This document shows positions 36,807 through 47,053 of a stretch of 64,000 nt of DNA, piece after piece. Source of the stretch: an uncultured virus (IMG/VR IMGVR_UViG_3300021197_000608) (lineage: Duplodnaviria; Heunggongvirae; Uroviricota; Caudoviricetes); the IMG/VR virus record IMGVR_UViG_3300021197_000608; one strand, written 5' to 3'. Below the pieces are notes generated by a model. It saw only the letters and a program-made list of their open reading frames with translations. It had not been told where the DNA came from and did no database searches. A program made the translations under genes and the position numbers. How positions within the stretch are numbered: position 1 is the stretch's first letter; every line of letters starts with the position of its first letter.

Positions 36807-37324
36807 TGTGAAATCTCCTCAACTATAAAGTATGCGGTATAATAACCAGCTTGGTTTATACGAATAGCTTCGGTAGTGGAATTGTATATTCTTGCTTGTG
36901 CTTTTATCACCCTAGCATTAGTGTTACTAGCAGCAACCTCTGCAAACTTAACTTGTCTCATATAATTATTTGGGCCAGTTCCAGCGCCAGCGTCATTTTG
37001 GAAGTAATGTTCATAGTTTCCAGCAGCACTATAGTCTAGAGTAGTTCCGTCATGTAATAATTTTACTATACCACCAGCGTTAGTATTTGTGCCTGTAGTA
37101 TATACGTTTAAACTGTAATTAAATGTTATACATAAAGTACTTGACGCAAACTTTGGGGTAAAGGTTAATGTAGCACCACCTATATCAGAAAAAGATGTTG
37201 TAGTATTAGTATATGCAGTATTAAATTTAGTGGACTGTCTTTGTATTAAACAACCAGCAGGCAACTTTACATTTGCAGCTGTAGTTGCACCTACGATATT
37301 ATCTACTGTTAATGTTGAACCCAT
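36803..37324 (-). CDS. Short adhesin-like protein (cassette B head 1)
   Basis: MGSTLTVDNIVG...PAGCLIQ...TFTPKFASS...EEISQ. Confidence 0.6.
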   Translation of the reverse strand: MGSTLTVDNIVGATTAANVKLPAGCLIQRQSTKFNTAYTNTTTSFSDIGGATLTFTPKFASSTLCITFNYSLNVYTTGTNTNAGGIVKLLHDGTTLDYSAAGNYEHYFQNDAGAGTGPNNYMRQVKFAEVAASNTNARVIKAQARIYNSTTEAIRINQAGYYTAYFIVEEISQ

Positions 37325-37333
37325 GTCTCTCTC

Positions 37334-37561
37334 CTATACAATCGTCAAGTCACCATTAACAGTCAAGTTAACAGTTCCAGTTGTAGATACAGTCAAAGGC
37401 CCAGCGCATGATGCATTTTCACCAGCAGCGATAGTTGTACTTGTATTTAAAACTGATTCATTTACACGAAAAATATCACCCTTACCATCTGTGGCATCAC
37501 CTCTGGCTCCATTTTCTCCTTGGAAGAAACCTACTCCAGCTACTGGTTTTCTAATTGGCAT
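37334..37561 (-). CDS. Minimal hub protein of cassette B
   Basis: GFFQGENG...DIFRVNE...TTIAAGENASCAGPLTV...LTVNGDLTIV; homologous to the C-termini of 48582..49103 and 34535..34867. Confidence 0.6.
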   Translation of the reverse strand: MPIRKPVAGVGFFQGENGARGDATDGKGDIFRVNESVLNTSTTIAAGENASCAGPLTVSTTGTVNLTVNGDLTIV

Positions 37562-37589
37562 TTCTTTTATCCTTATTTCTTTTTACTAT

Positions 37590-38411
37590 TTATTCATCTT
37601 GCCCAGTTACTGGATTATATTCTTTGGCATCTTCAAAGAAACTTGTTGTTTCATTAAATCCAAAGTTATCATCATCTGGGTCAAAGTCAGTAGCTGCAAC
37701 TGAATTGGGTGTTGGAGTAACCGAATATCTTTGTTCTCTCTTAGGTGAATTAACAGGCATATCTGCATATTGGTCAACTTGTACAGAGCGAATAACATTT
37801 GAAGACGTTACTGGGCCGTACAAGTAATACTTTGCAGTAAAAGAAAGCGTATATACAATACTCCTTCTACTTGTAAATTCACCTTCATAATCATCTTCAT
37901 AATTAATACTGTTTAAAACAATAGGAACGTCACGAATTATTTCTAGTTCTGGAACTTCTCTCATTGTCACTGTATATTCTGGTTGAAAGTATGGAAGGAT
38001 CTGTTCTACAATTTGAAGTGCATCATCAGAATTCTTTGACAGTATATATAACTCAAAATTAATATTGTAAGGAACAGGCATAAAACCAGATTTAACTTGT
38101 TCTGCATCAGCTCCATCTGCAACCTTTTTAACTTTCATAACTTTGTTAAGTTTTCTGGTTGAGTCATATGTCATACCAGAAATCTCAAAACCAATTCTTG
38201 GTAATGTGACTGCTACCTTTTTATTAAGGTTTGGATCTTCTGTAAGTCTAGATAACCACTTCTGTTTAGGCCCATACGCAAGAGGCACTTTCATGGTTTG
38301 AATTACATTACCACTATTATCTTTTTTCGTAAGTTGAATTTGATTAAATAATGTACCAAATGCAACTACCACATTTCTTGTGGATTGATTATAAAAATAT
38401 TGTCCAATCAT
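37590..38411 (-). CDS. g15: Tail sheath stabiliser / completion protein (gp15)
   Basis: YFYN, FGTLFN, KVPLAYGPKQKW, LPRIGFE, QIVEQILPYFQP. Confidence 0.95.
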   Translation of the reverse strand: MIGQYFYNQSTRNVVVAFGTLFNQIQLTKKDNSGNVIQTMKVPLAYGPKQKWLSRLTEDPNLNKKVAVTLPRIGFEISGMTYDSTRKLNKVMKVKKVADGADAEQVKSGFMPVPYNINFELYILSKNSDDALQIVEQILPYFQPEYTVTMREVPELEIIRDVPIVLNSINYEDDYEGEFTSRRSIVYTLSFTAKYYLYGPVTSSNVIRSVQVDQYADMPVNSPKREQRYSVTPTPNSVAATDFDPDDDNFGFNETTSFFEDAKEYNPVTGQDE

Positions 38412-38414
38412 AGT

Positions 38415-39329
38415 TTATTTCATCCCAGCATCACCGAATGGATTAGATTCAGTGAAGTCTAATATATTATCATCTGCAAGTTCAAAGTCCTCATTCTGTG
38501 AATTCTCATCAATCGTTGCAATATCGTAAGTTTCTAGTACTATATAGGACGCATCGGCACCCTCTACAGAATTTTCTACTGCAAGAGCACCATCTAGAGT
38601 TTCATCCTCAGTAATGATGAATGGCCCTGCATTGTCGAATGTAAGTGTACTTGCATCAAAACTACCAGCGCCTGGTTGATCGTAACCGATAGAAGATGAA
38701 TCAAATATTCTACCTTCACCAGCACCTTCAAGTCTAATACCCTGATTAAATGCAGTAGTTTGTTCCAGTGTAATCTGATGTTGCATTGTATCTAGAGAAT
38801 TATCTGTCTCAATGTTATCAAGTTCTGCAATACCAGTATCAATGACTTCTGAAGCATACTCAAATGTTTTACATTTAAGTTTGTATGTAGGTAGATTTTG
38901 AGCCTGATAAAAAGGATCATCGTGATCTACAAACGTAATTTCAAAAAGTTTCTTTCCTTTTGCCCAATAGATTAAGTCACCCTCATTTGGTCTTGACGTT
39001 TCAATTAGATTATTATCGACAGTAACAAATTGTTCCCATCTTCTTCTTGCAACTGTAAAGGTTGCATCGTCTTGAATATCTAAACCAAATTTAGACATGA
39101 GTTCTTTTTCACCCTCATATCCATCAGTGTTATCTATGTACATTTCAATAAGATATGCATCTTCAAAAGAAGAACTAATATCTTCTCCAAAAATACTATC
39201 AGTGCCAGCCATCTTACGAGGAATGTAATATACATCCTGTCCGTAAATACGCAATTGTTCTATGATTAAATCTTCATAGAGATGCTGTTCTGGCATTGTG
39301 CCTGTATCAAAATATACATTAGTAGGCAT
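38415..39329 (-). CDS. g14: Neck protein (gp14)
   Basis: EQ.LYEDLIIE, GQDVYYIPR, SKFGL, RPNEGDLIY, DFTESNPFG. Confidence 0.95.
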   Translation of the reverse strand: MPTNVYFDTGTMPEQHLYEDLIIEQLRIYGQDVYYIPRKMAGTDSIFGEDISSSFEDAYLIEMYIDNTDGYEGEKELMSKFGLDIQDDATFTVARRRWEQFVTVDNNLIETSRPNEGDLIYWAKGKKLFEITFVDHDDPFYQAQNLPTYKLKCKTFEYASEVIDTGIAELDNIETDNSLDTMQHQITLEQTTAFNQGIRLEGAGEGRIFDSSSIGYDQPGAGSFDASTLTFDNAGPFIITEDETLDGALAVENSVEGADASYIVLETYDIATIDENSQNEDFELADDNILDFTESNPFGDAGMK

Positions 39330-39332
39330 TGT

Positions 39333-40148
39333 CTATCCTATCATATGCATAGGCGGAAGTTCATATGCAAGTTGGATTTGTTCTTCCAACTGATTTATTT
39401 CTTCTTGCGCCTGTGTATATATCTGTTCGCCGTTTAGTGCAACTCCACCCAACATTTGAATTCCTTGAAACTTTGAAAGGTTTGCACCCCATTGTTTTTT
39501 AATGAGTTGTGTTGCGTATTTCTTTAAAAATATATCATCCCAAACATCGGCAAATGTGTCTGGATCTAATTTACGAAAACATTCAATAATAATAAAGTCT
39601 CCATCTACAAAATCAGTTTGAAAATCTGCATCCATATATAATCTGTTTTGGTGTTGGTTATGTCGTATTGCAGTCTCACCAATAAGAATATGATCTAGAA
39701 AATCTAGATGTTGCATTGTCATTTCATAATGCATCACTGAAGTAGAACTGAAATCATATAAATCATTTAGTCTTAATTGATATCTAACATCAAACATATT
39801 AAGTGAAGCTTTGTCTGTCATAGGAAATACTTTTACAATAGACATAACAGAACTTGGAACAGGAATATAGTTTTTCTGTTCTTTCCATACTGCTGTTGTT
39901 GATGCATCAACATCTGTTACTGTTGCAAGGGTATTATCACTTCTTGAACGATCAATGTCTGCTTGTGAAATTTGATGTTTTAGATATACTCTTTCAATAC
40001 CATCATAATGATATTGAGCGAAATACTGTAATGCCTCATCTATTCTATCCTGTACCTGATCTGGATCGACATTTATTTCGATTACAGGCTTACCTAGACT
40101 TCTAAGGCAGTATTCCTTAAACTCTGTTCTTGATGTAGGTTTTGCCAT
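39333..40148 (-). CDS. g13: Neck protein (gp13)
   Basis: YCLRSLGKPVIEINV, K.QWGANLSKF.G.Q..GGV.LNG; TATAAATA at 40168-40175 upstream. Confidence 0.95.
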   Translation of the reverse strand: MAKPTSRTEFKEYCLRSLGKPVIEINVDPDQVQDRIDEALQYFAQYHYDGIERVYLKHQISQADIDRSRSDNTLATVTDVDASTTAVWKEQKNYIPVPSSVMSIVKVFPMTDKASLNMFDVRYQLRLNDLYDFSSTSVMHYEMTMQHLDFLDHILIGETAIRHNQHQNRLYMDADFQTDFVDGDFIIIECFRKLDPDTFADVWDDIFLKKYATQLIKKQWGANLSKFQGIQMLGGVALNGEQIYTQAQEEINQLEEQIQLAYELPPMHMIG

Positions 40149-40175
40149 TTAAATTATCCTTTTATAGTATTTATA

Positions 40176-41771
40176 CTACCCAAGTGCAATGCCCATTGCA
40201 ATTGCAAATCCTTGTGTTGAACCAGCAGCTGTTTGTGTTGAACCATCTGAGAACTCAATACCATTTGTTCCCACAACAACTTTACCATTACCATTTGGTG
40301 CAAGTGTAATATTTCTATTAGATGTTGTTACAATACTATGTGTTACTAAATCTAAATTGCCTCCAAGTTGTGGAGAACTGTCATCTGATATATTTTGAAT
40401 ACCAGAACCAGCTAGTGAACCAACAGATGCAAATGCAAGGTTTCCAGAACCATCTGTTTTTAGAACTTGTCCAGCATTACCATCTGCGACAGGATGTGAC
40501 AATCCATCAATGATTACTTTACCAGAACCATTTGGTGTAATCGCAATATTTCTATTTGATGTGGAAATAATTCCGTGTGTGACTACATCTAAGTCGCCTC
40601 CAAGTTGAGGAGTTGAATCGGCAGATAAATCTGTTGAACCAATATCACTTGTAAGTGCGAGAGTTCCAGTACCGCCTGGAATTGTATGTCCGTTTAGAGT
40701 TCCAGTTAATGTAGTATTACCAGCAACTTCTAAATCCATACTGTTCAATAACTGAAACTTATCACTTTTCAGTCTTGCAGTGATTGTATTAGAACCAGCT
40801 CTAACATTTGCAAATTCAATAAGACCGTCTTCTGTACCAGCAGATGCGTCTTGAATCTTACCAGTTATCTTTGCATAAACATGAGAACTACCACCATCAT
40901 CATCACCCTTAAATTTAATTTGTCCAAGATAGTCTGCATCAGCAGGACTTGAACTATCACGATTTAATTCAATAATTGGAGCTGCACTTGAACCAGTGTC
41001 AGTAGAGGTGAGTGTAAAAGAACCAGCACCAGAAATATCACCAGTACTAGTAATGTTACCATAACTTCTATTTCCACCTATGTAAGTTTGAACCCTTGCA
41101 TCTGTGTAGTAAAGATTAGATGAACCTTCAGATAAACTATCTGTATCTGCAGCGGCAATTCTTGCATCTGCTCGTGCATTTGTAAAGTACAGATTAGACG
41201 AACCTTCTGAAAGGTCATCTGTATCAAAGTTTGTAAGGTTTCTTGTATTAGTAAATACTGCCCAACCCATGTTTCCATGAGCAGAACATTGATAGTGAAG
41301 AACAGATGGAGTTGTATCCGAAACAATAATTTGAGTGTATGCACCAGCACTACCTGGCGTTCCACTAGTAGTCACGCCCGTTGTAAAGGCAGTTGACTTA
41401 CTTGCATCTAGATAAAAACGCAAAGGGTGGCCAGAGTTGGAAGAATCGCTCTGGTCAAACCGATAAGTGTTTTTTGGAATTAGATGAAGATACGGTGAGA
41501 ATATACCATTGATCTTATACTTGTTACTAGAACCAGTTCCATGATATGGATGATCTGTGGTAGAAGTCGCAACGGTTACATATAATACTTTTGTTGCAGA
41601 TTCATAATCGGTTGCATAATGGTTTGCGACAGTAACAATATTGCTACTACCGTCACGCATATACATTTTTCTGTCATATGTGTTGACAGCAACTTCACCC
41701 TCTATCAAATCTGAAGTAGATGGGATAGTCGAGTGAGTGTGCGACCTTTTAAGTTTTAAATCCACAGCCAT
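40176..41771 (-). CDS. Fibre-like virion structural protein with internal repeats
   Basis: N-terminal LKRS...GEVAVNT; duplicated LSEGSSNLY and PQLGG.LD.VTH units; C-terminal FAIAMGIALG. Confidence 0.7.
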   Translation of the reverse strand: MAVDLKLKRSHTHSTIPSTSDLIEGEVAVNTYDRKMYMRDGSSNIVTVANHYATDYESATKVLYVTVATSTTDHPYHGTGSSNKYKINGIFSPYLHLIPKNTYRFDQSDSSNSGHPLRFYLDASKSTAFTTGVTTSGTPGSAGAYTQIIVSDTTPSVLHYQCSAHGNMGWAVFTNTRNLTNFDTDDLSEGSSNLYFTNARADARIAAADTDSLSEGSSNLYYTDARVQTYIGGNRSYGNITSTGDISGAGSFTLTSTDTGSSAAPIIELNRDSSSPADADYLGQIKFKGDDDGGSSHVYAKITGKIQDASAGTEDGLIEFANVRAGSNTITARLKSDKFQLLNSMDLEVAGNTTLTGTLNGHTIPGGTGTLALTSDIGSTDLSADSTPQLGGDLDVVTHGIISTSNRNIAITPNGSGKVIIDGLSHPVADGNAGQVLKTDGSGNLAFASVGSLAGSGIQNISDDSSPQLGGNLDLVTHSIVTTSNRNITLAPNGNGKVVVGTNGIEFSDGSTQTAAGSTQGFAIAMGIALG

Positions 41772-41793
41772 GAGGCAACTCCTACATGACTAC

Positions 41794-43545
41794 TTAGAAT
41801 GTTCCGCCGTCAATACTCGTTGCAAAAGCTAGTGTATCAGAAGATGCTGTATATAGTAAAATGCCATCATCAGAACCTCCACCGTCAAGAGCAGACAAAG
41901 TATTGGCAGAGTTCGCCACAAGTACAGAACCTTTTGCAATTGAGGTTAATCCTGTACCACCAGAAGTTGCTGCAATTGCAGTACCATTCCAAACACCAGT
42001 TGCGATTGTACCTAAAGTTGTAATAGATGATTGTCCAACATATGTTGATGCGATTGTTACGGCATTTGCAGCAACTGTAATCTTATCAGCAGTTCCAACA
42101 ACATCAATTGTATTACCAGTTTTAGTTAAACCAGCACCAGCAGAAATCTGTCCAGCACCAGAGAATTGTTCAAAGGTAATTGCAGTTGTACCAAGAGTTG
42201 GTGTTCCGTTTGTAGTTAGAACATAACCATTGTCTGCGTTTGCAGTACCTTCTTCAACAAAAGTAAATGCACCACCTGTTAATTCAGAGGCTGCATCTGC
42301 ATCTGGTGTTCTTGTAAGTACAAATGCAGCACCACCACTACCAGTTGCAGTAACTTTATAGAAACCGTTCTGTGTTTGTGTTGTTTGATCTTTAACAAGA
42401 ATTCTATCGTTTGCAGTAAGTGTTACACCATCAACTGCGATTGCACCATTAGAAGATGCAGTAAGTGTACCGTTACCATTGTTGTATGTTGCAGCAAGGT
42501 TTGCAGTAGTAGCAACCTTAACAGATGCTTTAACATCAAGTCCATTTGCAACTGCATCAACATATGATTTGTTTACAAGTGAATCATCACCAAATCCAGC
42601 TCTTCCCTCATAACCAGAAGGAACATTAACTGCACCTGTACCGTTTGGTGCAAGAACTAAGTTTCCGTTTGAGTTGGTTGTTGATACTGTATTTGCATCA
42701 AGTGTAATATTATCAACATCTACAGAAGTCAATCCGTTTAGGTCTGTGATTGTATCACCAAGTGATGTATCATCAGAACCGATTGTAATTCCATCGTTAG
42801 CAAGTTTTGCATTTGCGATTGAACCAGCAAGTTGTGCATTTGTAATTGTTCCAGCAAGAGATGATGTTGGATAGTTTGTTGCATCACTCAAATCAAAGGC
42901 TGGAGTTGCATCCGTAGCACCAAGTGCAAGAGATACTCCACCATAAGAAACTGTATTGTTTGCAAGAGATGAGTTTGCAATCGAGTCAAGACTGAATGTA
43001 ATTTTATTATTTGATACAACTGAAGAAAGTCCAGTTCCACCTTCAAATGTCAAAACCTGTCCTGTTGTAAAAACATCGTTACTACCACTATCAGCGGCCA
43101 ATGTAAATGAACCAGATGGAACGTCTGCGAATGCTAATGTACCAGAACCGTTGGTTTGCAAGAACTGTCCGTTACTACCATCTGCTCCAGGCAACTCAAG
43201 TTCTAAGTTTGCTCCTAAAGCGTTTGGTGCTTTTAGTTGGATGTGATGTACTCCGTTTGAAGTACCCTCTTTAATCTTAATTGATCCACCAGTTGAACCA
43301 CTGTTACCCACAATCAAATCGTCAACAGCTTTGTTTGCGTCAACAATAATTGTAGAACTAGCAGTCAATGTACCAGCTGTATGATCGATCAAGTCATTAA
43401 AAGATTTACCACCAATAAGTTTAACGGTAGAACCGTCACCAATGAAAAGTTTTTCATTGCCGTGGGTGTAGGCCATTTCACCATCTTGCAGAGATGATGG
43501 TGCGGTAGAACCAGATGACCTTTTAATTTGTAATGTTAATGCCAT
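41794..43545 (-). CDS. Fibre-like virion structural protein
   Basis: N-terminal IKRS...GEMAY; DRILVKDQT..TQNG.Y domain; C-terminal IDGGTF. Confidence 0.7.
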   Translation of the reverse strand: MALTLQIKRSSGSTAPSSLQDGEMAYTHGNEKLFIGDGSTVKLIGGKSFNDLIDHTAGTLTASSTIIVDANKAVDDLIVGNSGSTGGSIKIKEGTSNGVHHIQLKAPNALGANLELELPGADGSNGQFLQTNGSGTLAFADVPSGSFTLAADSGSNDVFTTGQVLTFEGGTGLSSVVSNNKITFSLDSIANSSLANNTVSYGGVSLALGATDATPAFDLSDATNYPTSSLAGTITNAQLAGSIANAKLANDGITIGSDDTSLGDTITDLNGLTSVDVDNITLDANTVSTTNSNGNLVLAPNGTGAVNVPSGYEGRAGFGDDSLVNKSYVDAVANGLDVKASVKVATTANLAATYNNGNGTLTASSNGAIAVDGVTLTANDRILVKDQTTQTQNGFYKVTATGSGGAAFVLTRTPDADAASELTGGAFTFVEEGTANADNGYVLTTNGTPTLGTTAITFEQFSGAGQISAGAGLTKTGNTIDVVGTADKITVAANAVTIASTYVGQSSITTLGTIATGVWNGTAIAATSGGTGLTSIAKGSVLVANSANTLSALDGGGSDDGILLYTASSDTLAFATSIDGGTF

Positions 43546-43566
43546 TTTGTTTTCTTCCTATTTGTT

Positions 43567-43818
43567 TTAAAAACTTCCACCACTCAACTTTAGAGTGCCG
43601 CCAGTTGTTCCAAGTTCATTCCTCGCCGTCCACTTTTTTGTGGTATCATTCCATTGTAGTAGTGCTCCATCAGTAAGAGGGAACGAACTAACATCTACAT
43701 CATTTGCAGCAGAAACACTATTTAGAGCTACGTTTACACGAGTTACTTGAGGTTGGTTTCCTTGTGATACCGAACCTACAACATTTCTGGGAGTGTTTAC
43801 TTTTGCTTGAATAGACAT
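43567..43818 (-). CDS. Small fibre linker-like protein
   Basis: NDVD...DGALLQWNDTTKKW repeat unit; C-terminal LSGGSF. Confidence 0.6.
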   Translation of the reverse strand: MSIQAKVNTPRNVVGSVSQGNQPQVTRVNVALNSVSAANDVDVSSFPLTDGALLQWNDTTKKWTARNELGTTGGTLKLSGGSF

Positions 43819-43824
43819 ATTTTC

Positions 43825-44160
43825 CTACCTTGATACACTTGGATTAACAGTTGCAATACCCTCAACCACTCTAGTTTTGACGCCTAAGGAATCTATTATG
43901 ATCATATCATAAACATACCTTCCGTCATCAAGAGCGGCAGTTTGTACATCTGTTAGTGAAATTGTGATTTGTCCTGATGTTCGTGGATTAGCAAATGTTG
44001 AGGTAAATGTAACTGCTGTCGCTGATTGGTAAGTTTTACGAATCATTGTCAGTGCAGTATAACCAGCTAAGTCCAAAGCATCACCACTAGAATCATTGAC
44101 TGTTACTGTAGTAGTAAAGTCAGCGTCTTGATCTATGAATATATTAGAAATTGTTGCCAT
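43825..44160 (-). CDS. Small virion attachment-type protein (BppU N-terminal-like beta domain)
   Basis: NIFIDQDADF...DL.GY...GQITISLT..QTAAL..GRYVYD...RVVEG...V.P; TATAAATA at 44184-44191 upstream. Confidence 0.6.
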   Translation of the reverse strand: MATISNIFIDQDADFTTTVTVNDSSGDALDLAGYTALTMIRKTYQSATAVTFTSTFANPRTSGQITISLTDVQTAALDDGRYVYDMIIIDSLGVKTRVVEGIATVNPSVSR

Positions 44161-44225
44161 CGAACACAGTCTCCTTCTTCTTCTATTTATAAGGATTGTG
44201 TGTTAGATGTTTTTAGTTTTTAAAA

Positions 44226-45740
44226 CTAATCTACGTCTTTAATTGGACTGATTGGATTTTCTTTTGTTTCGGTGTTATCTCTTTTTTCAGATTCCGTCAA
44301 CTCAGGTTCAATTATAATTTTACCATCACTATCTGTCCAATCCGTATCAGAACTTTTCATATGATCGTCTTGACGTTCACCGATAACCATCCATGAAATA
44401 GTATCAGTACATGTACTGATTTTTCTATCTGGATCATCCTGAGCATTAATTATAAGTTTGTTTCCATCAACATAACCTTTAATTGCAGTCCAACCAGTTT
44501 CGTTTGTTGTAAAACATTGAACCTCACGATTTAGAAGTACAAATGTTCCATCTGACATTCCTGATGCAGTATCAATATTGATAACTGCTGATCCATCAAC
44601 TAAGTCTACTTTACCCCTATACAAGTTATCTGCTTGTGGGCCCTCTACAAATGAATGTACAAGCCAATGAGTTTTATTTTTTTCTGGTAGGGGGTGACGT
44701 ATTCTAAAAGAACCAGAAGCTTTAGACAAACTACCACCAACATATACTTGACCTACGTTACCTATTTTAAAATCTGATGAATGACCTTTACCATAACCAC
44801 CAGAGAAACGCATGGTGTTAGAATCACTTTCGTCAACATAAATATTTCTACCATTTGAATCAGTTGCCCAAGCAATTTGTGCATCACCACCATTAATTCC
44901 ATGAATATGTAATTGCCCAAATGTATTATTCATGGCACTTTCAAGTTGAGTTCCTCCACTAACTTTAAGAGGGAAACCATTATCTGTTGTGGTGTTGATA
45001 AGTAGTCTGCCGCCCTGAGTTAGTCTCATTTTTTCTGTCGGTGCTGATCCTGGCCCAGTTCCATTAGGTTTAACATAGAAAGCCATGTGTGTTCCAGCTG
45101 CACTTCCAGAATGATTTTCACCAGCAATTGCTTCAATCGAAGCTTCAGCAGATGCCATTGTGTTAGCACCATCCATAATACCTTTCCATCCAAAAGAACC
45201 AAGTCCTTGTCCAGATGTTGGGTTTCCTGAAGCATCGTTTCTAGCAAGCATTACACCCTTTGATCCACCACCTGTTACAATTGCGAGTCCTGTTGGACTT
45301 GGTGCCACTGAACCGATACCAACAGTACCACTTTTTTCAACTGAAAATATAGAAGCGTAATTTGTTCCAGTAGCAGACGAACTAGTTTGTAAATCAAGAA
45401 CTCTTTGTCCACTATCATTATCACTAGTTCTAATTTGTAAACCTTGAGAACCATCACTGTTGTTTGTAATTCTAGCAGCAAAAGCATCAGCAGATTCTAT
45501 CATATCTAGTGCATGAGCAGGGCTTGTTGTATTCACACCTATACGATTGTTTGTTGCATCGACATGAAGTGTATCAGTATCTACTGTGAGAGTTCCAGTA
45601 ACCGCAATGTTTGTATCTAGTTTTGCAGAAGTAACTGCACCATTCGCCAAATCAGCAGCTGCAATTGTACCATCTGCAATTACAGAACCAGAAAAGGCTG
45701 TAGAATCAACACTTGAACTTTTAATTTTTGAAATTGGCAT
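44226..45740 (-). CDS. Tail fibre-like protein
   Basis: IADGTIAAADLANGAVTSAKL repeats, RIGVNTTSP and VGIG repeats, C-terminal SFRIRHPL...LVHSFVEGP..D.LYRG domain. Confidence 0.7.
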   Translation of the reverse strand: MPISKIKSSSVDSTAFSGSVIADGTIAAADLANGAVTSAKLDTNIAVTGTLTVDTDTLHVDATNNRIGVNTTSPAHALDMIESADAFAARITNNSDGSQGLQIRTSDNDSGQRVLDLQTSSSATGTNYASIFSVEKSGTVGIGSVAPSPTGLAIVTGGGSKGVMLARNDASGNPTSGQGLGSFGWKGIMDGANTMASAEASIEAIAGENHSGSAAGTHMAFYVKPNGTGPGSAPTEKMRLTQGGRLLINTTTDNGFPLKVSGGTQLESAMNNTFGQLHIHGINGGDAQIAWATDSNGRNIYVDESDSNTMRFSGGYGKGHSSDFKIGNVGQVYVGGSLSKASGSFRIRHPLPEKNKTHWLVHSFVEGPQADNLYRGKVDLVDGSAVINIDTASGMSDGTFVLLNREVQCFTTNETGWTAIKGYVDGNKLIINAQDDPDRKISTCTDTISWMVIGERQDDHMKSSDTDWTDSDGKIIIEPELTESEKRDNTETKENPISPIKDVD

Positions 45741-45759
45741 CTAAGTACTTCCTTAATTG

Positions 45760-45939
45760 TTAGTCTGCGTCTGCAATTGTTAATGTGCCTGCATCAACTT
45801 GTTTTTTAATCTCTGCATAATCTGAGTTTGCAATATCCATAGGAACACTACATTCTACACCATCAATTTTACAAAAAACAGTCTGATTTTCTTCTTCTTG
45901 ATTTGTTATATATTGTGCATCTGTAATTATTCTGTTCAT
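45760..45939 (-). CDS. 59-aa partner protein, absent from the ORF track (paralogue 1 of 3)
   Basis: MNRIITDAQY...IDGVECSVPMDIANSDYAEIKKQVDAGTLTIADAD; GGAG RBS. Confidence 0.8.
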   Translation of the reverse strand: MNRIITDAQYITNQEEENQTVFCKIDGVECSVPMDIANSDYAEIKKQVDAGTLTIADAD

Positions 45940-45951
45940 AATATATCTCCC

Positions 45952-47049
45952 TTAAATTTCAGCACTGAATTGGAGTTGGTTTGCAGGCCCAGCACCGACT
46001 CCCATTCTATAGTATGCATCACCATGTGAACCTAGTTGTCCACCATACGTTCCACTAGTTGCCCATTGTGCTTTTGTAAAACCTTCATTTGATAACCCTG
46101 AAATGATGGTTGGTCTTTGAGACACAGCAACTTGTGGTCTAGCAATTGATACCGTACCAACAATAGTTGCTGTTGGAGCAGCTCTCATTTTCTCTCTAAA
46201 AACTCCATCAAGGTACATAAAATAATTGGCTGCGTGTTCATTAGTTCCTTGCCAAACTCTGTTTGAGTAAGTTTGAAAATATCGTTCACAAAGCTGAAGT
46301 TCTTCTCCGAATGAGCGGTACTCAAAATCTGTGGCTGTGTCGCCAACCTCAACTTGAACTCCAGTAACATAGAAATCATTTGATGTACTATCCATATGAT
46401 TTACTGCGTTTGCAGTTGTATAAAGAGAACCAGTAGTCCAAGTTCCAGCAGTACCACCTTGAAAACTTGAACCCATCGCTAATACCCAACCAACTTGTAC
46501 ATAGGTTGAATCATCATTTGCAATCGTTGATGAAGTTAGTGCTGGAATTTCTACTATTTTATGTTCCCAAGTATCAGATGTGTTAATTGTATAATTAATA
46601 ACATTTCTATAATCTGTACCAGTTCCTTGTTTACTACAAAATAAAGATTGGACTCCAGTTTTTGTTGCACGAACCCAAAAAGAAACTTGCAGTTTTTTAG
46701 CAGAGGCAGTTCCCCATCTAAGGTGTTGAAGATTTCTTCCTTCAATACGTTGCAACATTTCATAGTAGTCACCAGCTGCAATAGATGTATCTGCTGTTGT
46801 TACATCAACCTTATATGCAGTATCATGTCCAGTGGCTAATTGATGACCAGTACTTTGTGAACCAGTAAATTGTCCACCACCAGCAACATTCCAAGTCATC
46901 ATTCGGTCTACAGTATCATAAGTTCCGTTGCCTGCAGCTGTGGGGCCGGCGCCTCTCTGAGCTACTTGCATACCACCATTGATGATAAGATTTTTACCAG
47001 CACCAGTTACGTTCTCTGTACCTCTTGATTTTACTTTAATTAATGCCAT
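45952..47049 (-). CDS. Lectin/beta-sandwich-like putative receptor-binding protein (paralogue 1 of 3)
   Basis: KNLIINGGMQVAQRG...DR...QRIEG...SFWV...TGVQVEVG..ATDFE.R...EL.LC.RY...FSAEI. Confidence 0.65.
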   Translation of the reverse strand: MALIKVKSRGTENVTGAGKNLIINGGMQVAQRGAGPTAAGNGTYDTVDRMMTWNVAGGGQFTGSQSTGHQLATGHDTAYKVDVTTADTSIAAGDYYEMLQRIEGRNLQHLRWGTASAKKLQVSFWVRATKTGVQSLFCSKQGTGTDYRNVINYTINTSDTWEHKIVEIPALTSSTIANDDSTYVQVGWVLAMGSSFQGGTAGTWTTGSLYTTANAVNHMDSTSNDFYVTGVQVEVGDTATDFEYRSFGEELQLCERYFQTYSNRVWQGTNEHAANYFMYLDGVFREKMRAAPTATIVGTVSIARPQVAVSQRPTIISGLSNEGFTKAQWATSGTYGGQLGSHGDAYYRMGVGAGPANQLQFSAEI

Positions 47050-47053
47050 GTCT

